A stretch of DNA of 64,000 nt from Xanthobacteraceae bacterium (GCA_035565575.1 DATMSE010000130.1:1107-65106), one strand, 5' to 3'; positions 50,101 through 57,219 are shown, numbered from the stretch's first letter. Numbers and translations: made by a program. The notes: generated by a model not told the origin, from the letters alone.

Positions 50101-50632
50101 GCGTAGCGGCATCTCGCAGTTTCACGGCGTCGCGGCGGGACCGATGGCGCCGGTGGTGAAGGAACTTAGGCTCCTGCCGGACAGCGACATCCGCGCCATG
50201 GCGACCTATCTCGCCTCGTTCAATCCGAACGCGCCGACGCAGGAGGCGCAGCAGGCGATGGCGGCGCGGCTTGAGGCCGTCACCAGCGCGAAGCCGCTCA
50301 ACGCGTCGCAGCAGGGCGCGCGCATCTATGACGGCGCCTGCGCGGTGTGCCACGAGCCCGGCGGCCCGCAATGGTTCGGCAGCCGGCCCTCGCTGGCGCT
50401 CAACAGCAACCTGCACGGCCCCTCGCCCGACAATCTCGCGCGCGTCATTCTCGAGGGCATCACCCAGCCGGTGAACGGCGAGCTCGGCGCGATGCCGGGC
50501 TTTTCGCACAGCCTCAACGACCAGCAGCTCACCGAACTGATCCGCTACCTGCGCACCCGCTTCGCGCCCGACAAGCCGGCCTGGGACGGCATCGACGCGG
50601 CGCTGAAGGCGGCGCGCGGGACGATCAAATAA
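47108..50632 (+). CDS. nicB: Mo-cofactor large subunit fused to a triheme cytochrome c (NicB-like)
   Basis: About 1174 aa. IorB/aldehyde-oxidase-type Mo-binding region, one TM (LWAGLAALCTAAVGLIVTASPW), then three CxxCH motifs (49508-49522, 49946-49960, 50339-50353). GGGAGG RBS 8 nt before ATG 47108. Overlaps nicA by 14 nt. Confidence 0.8.
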   Translation: MRRTDGADPDMTTTSGAESLSVVRSTPDDPAGSSFEIYITIDASGQVFAYNGHVDLGTGIRTALTQIVAEELDVALDRVTMVLGDTTKTPNQGPTIASETIQITAVPLRNAAAQARHYLLARAAEQLNQPIDSLSIEDGLIRAQNNHSVSYAELVAGHTVRLELRDDVTLKDVNSYKLVGRAVPRLEIPAMTTGEMIYVHDVRVPGMLHGRVVRPPYAGVDAGDFVGTSLIAVDESSVADIPGLIAVVRIGDFVGVVADREENAIRAASQLKLTWKPTPTLPDLNDIATALRANPSTPRVLRDTGDVDAALASAATPMQRTYVWPYHIHGSIGPSCSVADYTDSGLRVWTGSQNPHNLRADLAKLLALPEARIDVIRLEAAGCYGRNGADDVSADAALLSRAVGRPVRVQLTREQEHAWDPKGTGQLMEINGGLDANGAPAAYDFATRYPSNAAPTLALLLTGAVPPVAATLQMGDRTAIPPYDYPAMRVIAHDMAPIVRASWFRGVSALPNTFAHESYIDELATEAGVDPIEYRLRYLKDERAAKLVREVAERAKWEPRPTWTPKEADGDVVRGRGFAYAVYVHGPFPGTAAAWSAWVADVAVNKATGDVAVTHVTVGQDSGLVINPDGVRHQIHGNVIQSTSRALMEEVTFEPSAVASREWGGYPIITFPDVPTIDVVIVERPDQPPLGVGESASVPSAAAIANAIFDATGVRFRELPFTPDRIRAGLLAAEEKTRPPSPLKKRGLWAGLAALCTAAVGLIVTASPWRPAIAPIAPPDASTYSAATIARGAQLAALGDCAVCHTQDGGIVNAGGRPLETPFGLVYATNITPDVETGIGAWSYPAFARAMREGIHRDGRHLYPAFPYNHFAKTSEADLQALYAYLMAQPPVRQTNPETRLAFPLNLRPLLAGWNLLFHSTAAFAADPTQSDAWNRGAYLVEGLGHCGACHTPRNALGAEKASLKLAGGAAEGWTAPPLTSLSHAPIPWSEQELFTYLRSGISQFHGVAAGPMAPVVKELRLLPDSDIRAMATYLASFNPNAPTQEAQQAMAARLEAVTSAKPLNASQQGARIYDGACAVCHEPGGPQWFGSRPSLALNSNLHGPSPDNLARVILEGITQPVNGELGAMPGFSHSLNDQQLTELIRYLRTRFAPDKPAWDGIDAALKAARGTIK

Positions 50633-50650
50633 GACAAGATCACTTGGACT

Positions 50651-50664
50651 TTGCGCTCGCGCAA
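50651..50664. promoter_or_regulatory. NnrR/Dnr-type box TTGCG-CTCG-CGCAA upstream of nnrS
   Basis: Perfect dyad TTGCGCTCGCGCAA. Its centre is 68 nt before the nnrS ATG, which fits a -41.5 class II activator site. Confidence 0.6.
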
Positions 50665-50725
50665 AGGGGACGCGGCAGCGCGCGCTATGGTGGCGGCATT
50701 CCAAGCTGTTTGAAGCACAAGTTCG

Positions 50726-51898
50726 ATGTCCACGCCGCCTGTCCTCAGCCATGCCTTTCGCATCTGTTTTCTGCTCGCCGCAATCTGGGCGGCGCTGGCG
50801 GTGCCGCTGTGGCTGATGACCTATGCCGGCATGCTGACCATCGCCGAGGTTTACGGCGGCGTCGCCTGGCATGCGCATGAGCTGATCTTCGGCTATGCCG
50901 CGCTGGTGATCTGCGGCTTCCTGTTCACCGCGATCCCGAACTGGACCGGACGGCTGCCGGTGGCGGGATTTCCGCTGCTGTCGCTGGTCCTGATCTGGGT
51001 GCTGGGACGCATCGCGATGCTGTGCGCGGCCGGAATCGGTCCCGCCGTCGCCGCGCTGGTCGACCTGACGTTTCTCGGCGCGGTGCTGGCGGTGGCCGGG
51101 CGCGAGATCGTCGCCGGCAAGAACTGGCGCAATCTGCGGGTGCTGGTGATGGTGGCCTGGCTGTTCGCCGCCAACGCCGCATTCCATGCCGCCGTGCTCG
51201 GCGGCGCGATGCTCGACGTCAGCCTGCGCGGCGCGGTCGGCGCGCTGGTGGCGCTGATCACCTTGATCGGCGGGCGGCTGACGCCGAGTTTCACCCGCAA
51301 TTGGCTGGTGAAACGCGATCCCGCGCGCCTGCCCGCGCCGTTCGACGCGCTCGACGCCGTCGCCATCGGCACCGGCGTGGTCGCGCTGCTGGCGTGGGTG
51401 ATTGCACCGGATGGGCAGACCACCGCCGCGCTGGCGGCGCTTGCGGCATTGCTTCTGATCGCGCGGCTGGCGCGCTGGCGCGGCACCCTCACATTTGCCG
51501 AACCGCTGCTGGCGATCCTGCATCTCGGCTATGCCTTTGTCCCGCTCGGCTTCGCGCTCGCCGCCGGCCATGCGCTGTGGCCGGACGCGATTCCCGCCGC
51601 CGCCGTGATTCACGCCTGGACCGCCGGCGCGGTCGGGGTGATGACGCTGGCGGTGATGACGCGCGCGAGCCTCGGCCATACCGGCCACGCGCTCACCGCG
51701 GGCCCGGCGACGACGTCGATCTATCTCGCGATCCTCACCGCCGCGCTGCTGCGCGTCGTCGCGCCATTCGCCGTCGACTGGCAGCATGCGGCGCTCAACC
51801 TGTCCGGCGCGGCCTGGACGCTGGCATTCCTGCTGTTCGTCGCAAGCTACGGCCCGATCCTGTGCACGGCGCGCCGGACAAAACGCGCGGAAGCCTAG
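50726..51898 (+). CDS. nnrS: NnrS family heme/copper membrane protein
   Basis: 390-aa polytopic protein. The opening (FRICFLLAAIWAALAVPLWL ... WHAHELIFGY) is typical of NnrS. Confidence 0.88.
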   Translation: MSTPPVLSHAFRICFLLAAIWAALAVPLWLMTYAGMLTIAEVYGGVAWHAHELIFGYAALVICGFLFTAIPNWTGRLPVAGFPLLSLVLIWVLGRIAMLCAAGIGPAVAALVDLTFLGAVLAVAGREIVAGKNWRNLRVLVMVAWLFAANAAFHAAVLGGAMLDVSLRGAVGALVALITLIGGRLTPSFTRNWLVKRDPARLPAPFDALDAVAIGTGVVALLAWVIAPDGQTTAALAALAALLLIARLARWRGTLTFAEPLLAILHLGYAFVPLGFALAAGHALWPDAIPAAAVIHAWTAGAVGVMTLAVMTRASLGHTGHALTAGPATTSIYLAILTAALLRVVAPFAVDWQHAALNLSGAAWTLAFLLFVASYGPILCTARRTKRAEA

Positions 51899-52590
51899 CC
51901 CTCCTCCGCCACCTCGGTCAGCGCGCCGGGCTTGGCGATCACCACGCGGCGGCGGCCGCTGTCGATGATGCCGCGCCCCTCCCATCCGCTCAAGGTGCGG
52001 CTGACGGTGTGCAGCGTGGTGCCGGTCATCTCCGCCAGATCCTGCCGCGACAGCGGAAACGCGATCTCGACGCCGCGCGCGGTGCGCCGTCCCGCCTGCT
52101 GCGCCAGCCGCAGCAAGGTGTGGGCGATGCGCCGCTCGACCTTCTCGGTCGCGAGTTCGCGCAGCCGCAATTGCAGGTCGCGATAGCGCTGGCCCAGCAG
52201 CGCCGCGGCATTGATCGCGATCGCCGCATGCCGCGTCATGGCCTCGCGCAGCACCGCGGCCGGCATCCCGATGAGATGGCTGTCGTCCACCGCCGTCACC
52301 GCGCCGGGATGCACCTCGCCGCCGGTCAGCGCCGCATAGCCGACCACGTCGCCGGGCCCGAGATAGCGAATGATGATCTGCTGGCCGTCCAACGTGGACT
52401 GGGTGACGCGCAGCCGCCCGACGGCGACGACATAGCAGGTCGTGACGGTGTCTTCCTGCTGGAATACGGTCTCGCCCGCCGCAAATTTGCGGCGGAATGA
52501 CGTCGCCTGCAGTTGGCGCAGCACGTCGGCCGGCACGCCACGAAACAGTTCACTGCGGGCCAGGATGTCGATATCGGGAGATTCGACCAT
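51895..52590 (-). CDS. nnrR: Crp/Fnr family transcriptional regulator, NnrR/Dnr-like (no Fe-S Cys cluster)
   Basis: Trimmed to MVESPDIDILARSELFRGV (ATG 52590). cNMP-type beta-barrel plus HTH (RQDLAEMTGTTLHTVSRTL). No N-terminal Cys motif. Adjacent to nnrS, with TTGCG-N4-CGCAA boxes nearby. Confidence 0.7.
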   Translation of the reverse strand: MVESPDIDILARSELFRGVPADVLRQLQATSFRRKFAAGETVFQQEDTVTTCYVVAVGRLRVTQSTLDGQQIIIRYLGPGDVVGYAALTGGEVHPGAVTAVDDSHLIGMPAAVLREAMTRHAAIAINAAALLGQRYRDLQLRLRELATEKVERRIAHTLLRLAQQAGRRTARGVEIAFPLSRQDLAEMTGTTLHTVSRTLSGWEGRGIIDSGRRRVVIAKPGALTEVAEEG

Positions 52591-52808
52591 ACCGCTGCTT
52601 TCGCGCCATCCCCTGCTATCGCCGGCCAAACCGCGAATCTGCCGCCACCCTCGCGAATCCGGCCATATTCCGGGCCCGACCTCCGCAGCCTGTCGCGGCA
52701 CGCCGGTGACGAATGTCAGAACCAACACCACACTAGCCGCGCCCGCAACTTCGCCGCATAGTGCGGGCATCGAATCGCGGGCCTGCCGGGCGGCATATTG
52801 CTGGTTAT

Positions 52809-52822
52809 TTGCGTTGGCGCAA
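52809..52822. promoter_or_regulatory. NnrR/Dnr-type box TTGCG-TTGG-CGCAA in the nnrR/aox divergent region
   Basis: Perfect dyad TTGCGTTGGCGCAA. Its centre is 66 nt before the aox ATG. Confidence 0.6.
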
Positions 52823-52881
52823 AGACCGTGACGCCGGCCTGCGCCACTGCCAGACTGGCGCCGCGTTTTCAGGGAGCTGCG

Positions 52882-53538
52882 ATGCTGAACGTCAACAAGA
52901 CCGATCTTCTGCGCCATCACGTTCCGGAAACATTGTCGGATCGTTTTGCCGCGTGGGCGGAACGGCTGTTGACGGCGATGGCCGGCGGCTTCAGCCGCCG
53001 TTACGGCGGGCGCGTCGTGGTGCTGGAGACCATCGCGGCGGTGCCGGCGATGGTGGCGGCGAGCCTGCTCCATTTACAATGCCTGCGGCAGTTGATCGAC
53101 GATCGCGGCTGGGTCCGCGCCTTCATGGACGAGGCGGAAAACCAGCGCGCGCACCTGATGGCCTTCGTCGCCATCAGGCGGCCGAGCTGGGGCGAGCGCT
53201 GGCTGATCGCGATCGGTCAGGGCACCTTCTATAATGCCTATTTCCTGCTCTCGCTGATTTCGGGCCGCTGCGCCCATCGCCTCGCCGGCTATCTCGCCGA
53301 GCGTTCGGTGAAGGGCTATTCGGATTATCTCGCATCGCTGGAATCCGGCGCGATCCCCAACGGCCCGGCGCCGGACACCGCAGTGGCCTACTGGAATCTC
53401 GCGCCCGGCGCGCTGCTCAGCGACATGATCATCGCCATGCGCGAGGACGAGGCGATCCATCGCGACATCCATCACGCCTTCGCTGATGCCCTGGCGCAAG
53501 GTCAGGTGCTGCCGGAACGACCGAGTCCGCTGCTGTAG
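52882..53538 (+). CDS. aox: alternative (cyanide-insensitive, diiron) ubiquinol oxidase family protein
   Basis: AOX motifs VVLETIAAVPAMV, EAENQRAHL and REDEAIHRDIHH. Trimmed to MLNVNKTDLLRHHVPE (ATG 52882, GGGAG RBS). Confidence 0.85.
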   Translation: MLNVNKTDLLRHHVPETLSDRFAAWAERLLTAMAGGFSRRYGGRVVVLETIAAVPAMVAASLLHLQCLRQLIDDRGWVRAFMDEAENQRAHLMAFVAIRRPSWGERWLIAIGQGTFYNAYFLLSLISGRCAHRLAGYLAERSVKGYSDYLASLESGAIPNGPAPDTAVAYWNLAPGALLSDMIIAMREDEAIHRDIHHAFADALAQGQVLPERPSPLL

Positions 53539-53567
53539 GTTTTCGTTTCACGAACATCCTATCCATC

Positions 53568-53657
53568 GTCATGCCCGGCCTTGTGCCGGGCATCCACGTC
53601 CTTACGAAGAGTCAGAAAGCAAGACGTGGATGGCCGGGACAAGCCCGGCCATGACAC
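53568..53657. repeat. REP-like composite, family B: two ATG(C/G)CCGG hairpins in inverted orientation
   Basis: ATGCCCGGC-CTTGT-GCCGGGCAT (53572-53594) and ATGGCCGGG-ACAAG-CCCGGCCAT (53631-53653). The flanking CCACGTC/GACGTGG arms can pair as well. Confidence 0.75.
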
Positions 53658-53694
53658 CTGAGAAATACGTGCCAGGAAAACTCTTTGCTTCAAC

Positions 53695-53708
53695 TTGCGC
53701 CAGCGCAA
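53695..53708. promoter_or_regulatory. NnrR/Dnr-type box TTGCG-CCAG-CGCAA upstream of pseudoazurin
   Basis: Perfect dyad TTGCGCCAGCGCAA. Its centre is 91 nt before the paz ATG. Confidence 0.6.
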
Positions 53709-53792
53709 CGAGCGTGTTGCGGACGTGCATAGGGTGCGCCTGCAAGATGAAGGGACTGCCCTTTGACGGCAGTCGCGAGACGGAGTTGCCCC

Positions 53793-54275
53793 ATGCCACG
53801 CTTGACCACGCTGATGCTTTGCGCCGGTGCGCTGCTGCTGACCGTTCCTGCCCATGCGGCAGAGTACGAAGTCAAGATGCTGAACAAGGGGCCTGACAAT
53901 CAGGCGATGGTCTTCGATCCGCCGTTCCTGAAAGTGCAGCCGGGCGACACCGTCAAATTCGTCCCGACCGACAAGGGCCACGACGCCGAAACCATTCCGG
54001 GCCTGCTGCCGGAGGGTGCAACGCCGTTCAAAGGCAAGCTGTCGCAGGAGATCAGCGTCACCTTCGAGAAGCCGGGCCTCTACGGCTACCGCTGCGTGCC
54101 GCACTTCGGCATGGGCATGGTGGGGCTGATCGAAGTCGGCGGCGACACCGCCAATCTCGAGGCGGTCAAACAGGCCAAGCTGCCGCCGCTCGCCACCAAA
54201 CGCATGACCGCGCTGCTGGATCAGGCGACGACGAAGAACACCGCGGATGCGGGAAGCGGGCCTGCTTCGCGCTAG
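53793..54275 (+). CDS. paz: pseudoazurin (type 1 blue copper protein)
   Basis: Signal peptide MPRLTTLMLCAGALLLTVPAHA. Cupredoxin ligand pattern (...GH..E ... YRCVPHFGMGMVG). ACGGAG RBS. Confidence 0.88.
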   Translation: MPRLTTLMLCAGALLLTVPAHAAEYEVKMLNKGPDNQAMVFDPPFLKVQPGDTVKFVPTDKGHDAETIPGLLPEGATPFKGKLSQEISVTFEKPGLYGYRCVPHFGMGMVGLIEVGGDTANLEAVKQAKLPPLATKRMTALLDQATTKNTADAGSGPASR

Positions 54276-54472
54276 CCCTGCGCCGCGCGTCCCGGACGCC
54301 ATCGGCATCAGCATCAAGCGGGCGCCTCGCGCGGCCGCGGCATTCGCTCGAGCAGCAGTGGATGGACCAACCGGCACGACTGCAACGACCACGGCCGGCA
54401 TCTTCAACTGACATCGGCGGCCCTTGAATCGCATTGACGGCATCGCGGCCGCCGCCGCGCTGCAGCGTCAAT

Positions 54473-54486
54473 TTGCGTTTGCACAA
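54473..54486. promoter_or_regulatory. Crp/Fnr-type box TTGCG-TTTG-CACAA upstream of fixN (9/10 match)
   Basis: TTGCGTTTGCACAA with the same TTT...AAAG flanks as the other boxes. About 160 nt before the fixN ATG. Confidence 0.4.
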
Positions 54487-54641
54487 AGATGCAATCCCCG
54501 GACACGATATAGCTGGAAATCTATCCGGCTGCTGAGCCTCGGGGCTTCCCCCGGGCTCATGCCACTGGGGCATTGCCAAGGCAGATCGCCGCGGCGGCTG
54601 CGTCAAGCATTCCGCGCGATGAAACAAGGGGTGTGTTTTCG

Positions 54642-56303
54642 ATGATCGCCGAACTCACAAAAAACGAGCGCCAGAGCGCACTGGTCATTCTGCTGGTGCT
54701 GGCCATCGTCGGCCTCGCCATGGCCGCCGCCGGCCGCAGCGACCCGTTCGGGATTCACGGCGCGATGGTGATGATCGCGGCGATTGCCGGCATCTTCGCG
54801 GTGATCTCCGGCTACTACGCGCCGGAGCCACCGGAAGAACGGCTCAACAGCTATTACGACACGCCGACCAAGTTCGGCATCATCGCCGCGATGGTCTGGG
54901 CCGTGATCGGCATGGGAGTCGGCGACTGGGTCGCCTGGCTGCTCGCTTTTCCGGACCTGACCTTCGATGCGGCCTGGGCCAGCTTCGGCCGGCTGCGCCC
55001 GGTGCACACCTCCGGCGTGATCTTCGGCTTCGGCGGCAACGCGCTGATCGCCACCTCCTTCTACGTGATGCAGCGGACCACGCGGGCACGGCTGCCGGAT
55101 CAGCTCAGCCCGTGGTTCGTGCTGCTCGGCTACAACCTGTTCTGCATCATCGCCGCCACCGGCTACCTGATGGGCGTGACGCAGTCGCGCGAATATGCCG
55201 AGCCGGAATGGTATGCCGACATCTGGCTGGTGATCGTGTGGGTGGCCTATTTCGTGCTCTACATGCGTACGCTGGCGCGGCGCAAGGAACCGCACATCTA
55301 CGTCGCCAACTGGTACTATCTCGCGTTCATCCTGGTGGTGGCGATGCTGCACATCGTCAACAACCTCGCGGTACCGATCTCGTTCGGCAGCGCCAAGAGC
55401 TATTCGCTGTTCTCCGGCGTGCAGGACGCGATGACCCAGTGGTGGTACGGCCACAACGCGGTGGCGTTCTTCCTCACCTCCGGCTTTCTCGGCATGCTGT
55501 ATTACTACATGCCCAAGCGCGCCGGCCGCCCGATCTACTCCTACCGGATGTCGATCATCAGCTTCTGGGGCATCACCTTCTTCTACATGTGGGCCGGTTC
55601 GCATCACCTGCACTACACCGCGCTGCCGCAGTGGGTGCAGTCGCTCGGCATGACCTTCTCGGTGATGCTGCTGGTGCCGTCCTGGGTCTCCGCCGGCAAC
55701 GCGCTGATGACGCTGAACGGCGCCTGGCACAAGGTGCGCGACGACGCGGTGCTGCGCTTCATGATGGTGGCGGCGGTGTTCTACGGCCTCACCACCTTCG
55801 AAGGCTCGTTCATGGCGATCCGTCCGGTGAACTCGCTGTCGCACTACACCGACTGGACCGTGGGCCACGTTCATGCCGGCGCACTGGGCTGGGTGGCGAT
55901 GATCACCTTCGGCGCGATCTACGCCTCGGTGCCGTGGCTGTGGAAGCGCGAGGGCATGTATTCGGCGAGGCTGGTCGAGGCCCACTTCTGGCTCGCCCTT
56001 GCCGGCACCGTCGTCTACGTCTTCGCGATGTGGAATTCAGGCATCATTCAGGGCCTGATGTGGCGGACCTATAACGAGAGCGGCACGCTGACCTACTCGT
56101 TCCTCGATTCGCTGGTGGCGATGCATCCTTACTACATCGCCCGCGCCATCGGCGGCCTGTTCTTCCTGCTCGGCGCGATCATCGGCTTCTACAACATCTG
56201 GATGACGATCCGCACCGCGTCGCAGGAGCAGGCGGCGCACAATCCCGCCGACTATCCCGAGATCGGCGCCGCCGGCGCCCCCGCATTGCAGCCCGGAGAG
56301 TAA
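54642..56303 (+). CDS. fixN: cbb3-type cytochrome c oxidase subunit I
   Basis: CcoN/FixN pattern (WWYGHNAVAFFLT, GAHHLHYT-like SHHLHYTALP, HYTDWTVGHVHAGALGW). Trimmed to MIAELTKNERQ. Confidence 0.95.
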   Translation: MIAELTKNERQSALVILLVLAIVGLAMAAAGRSDPFGIHGAMVMIAAIAGIFAVISGYYAPEPPEERLNSYYDTPTKFGIIAAMVWAVIGMGVGDWVAWLLAFPDLTFDAAWASFGRLRPVHTSGVIFGFGGNALIATSFYVMQRTTRARLPDQLSPWFVLLGYNLFCIIAATGYLMGVTQSREYAEPEWYADIWLVIVWVAYFVLYMRTLARRKEPHIYVANWYYLAFILVVAMLHIVNNLAVPISFGSAKSYSLFSGVQDAMTQWWYGHNAVAFFLTSGFLGMLYYYMPKRAGRPIYSYRMSIISFWGITFFYMWAGSHHLHYTALPQWVQSLGMTFSVMLLVPSWVSAGNALMTLNGAWHKVRDDAVLRFMMVAAVFYGLTTFEGSFMAIRPVNSLSHYTDWTVGHVHAGALGWVAMITFGAIYASVPWLWKREGMYSARLVEAHFWLALAGTVVYVFAMWNSGIIQGLMWRTYNESGTLTYSFLDSLVAMHPYYIARAIGGLFFLLGAIIGFYNIWMTIRTASQEQAAHNPADYPEIGAAGAPALQPGE

Positions 56304-56308
56304 CGACG

Positions 56309-57040
56309 ATGTTTGGATTTCATTACCGGCTGGAACGCAAATCCATCGGCCTGGTGCTCGCCATCGTCGGCGTCGCCTCGATCGGCGGCATCGTCGAGAT
56401 CGCGCCGCTGTTCACCATCCACCAGACGGTGGAAGCGGCGCCGAACATGCGGGTCTACACTCCGCTCGAACTGGCGGGCCGCAACATCTATGTCCGCGAA
56501 GGCTGCTACGCCTGCCATTCGCAGATGGTTCGCACGCTGCGCGACGAGGTGGAGCGCTACGGGCCCTATTCGCTGGCGGTCGAATCCAAATACGACCACC
56601 CGCATCTGTGGGGCTCGAAGCGCACCGGCCCCGATCTCGCCCGCCTCGGCGAGAAGTATTCCGACGACTGGCACGTCGCCCATCTCAACAATCCGCGCGA
56701 CGTGGTGCCGGAATCGGTGATGCCGGCCTATCGCTGGCTGCTGCGCACGCCGCTGCAGACCGAGACGCTGGGCAAGGACCTCAAGGCGATGCGCGCCGTC
56801 GGCGTGCCCTATACCGACGACATGATCGCCAATGCCTCGGCGGACGCTTACGGCCAGGCCGCGCCCGACTCGCCCGCCGCCGAAGGCGTCACCAAGCGCT
56901 ACGGCGAGAAGACCACCGTGCGCGCCTTCGACGGCAAGCCCGCCGAGCTGACCGAAATGGATGCGCTGGTGGCCTATCTGCAAATCCTCGGGCGGCTGAC
57001 CGATGTCGCGCACAAGCCCGTCGCTTCCGCGGAGAAATGA
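56309..57040 (+). CDS. fixO: cbb3-type cytochrome c oxidase subunit II (monoheme)
   Basis: GRNIYVREGCYACHSQMVR heme motif. GGAGAG RBS. Confidence 0.95.
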   Translation: MFGFHYRLERKSIGLVLAIVGVASIGGIVEIAPLFTIHQTVEAAPNMRVYTPLELAGRNIYVREGCYACHSQMVRTLRDEVERYGPYSLAVESKYDHPHLWGSKRTGPDLARLGEKYSDDWHVAHLNNPRDVVPESVMPAYRWLLRTPLQTETLGKDLKAMRAVGVPYTDDMIANASADAYGQAAPDSPAAEGVTKRYGEKTTVRAFDGKPAELTEMDALVAYLQILGRLTDVAHKPVASAEK

Positions 57041-57210
57041 CCATGACCCACGACCTGCTCGTCTGGTTCTCCAAATCCTTCGGCCTGTTCTACCTGATTG
57101 GTCTGTCGCTGATCGTGCTCGCCTACACCTACTGGCCCTCGAACAAGAAGCCGTTCGAGCAGGCCGCGCAGGCGATCATCACCGACGACGACAAGCCATA
57201 TCGTGGATGA
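57037..57210 (+). CDS. fixQ: cbb3-type oxidase small subunit FixQ/CcoQ (57 aa; absent from the ORF track as a separate gene)
   Basis: ATG 57037 overlaps the fixO stop (ATGA). MTMTHDLLVWFSKSFGLFYLIGLSLIVLAYTYWPSNKKPFEQAA... contains a single TM. Position between fixO and fixP. Confidence 0.8.
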   Translation: MTMTHDLLVWFSKSFGLFYLIGLSLIVLAYTYWPSNKKPFEQAAQAIITDDDKPYRG

Positions 57211-57219
57211 GATCACATC

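Noticed and set aside
49835-51985. 716-aa ORF antisense to the nicB 3' end and nnrS
   Set aside because: The product is extremely Arg/Gly/Gln-rich and low-complexity. It spans an intergenic region and two well-supported genes on the other strand.
54424-54440. TTGAATCGCATTGAC upstream of fixN, considered as a FixK/FNR box
   Set aside because: It is a direct rather than an inverted arrangement of TTGA, and it does not match TTGAT-N4-ATCAA. The TTGCG-TTTG-CACAA dyad 40 nt downstream is the better candidate.
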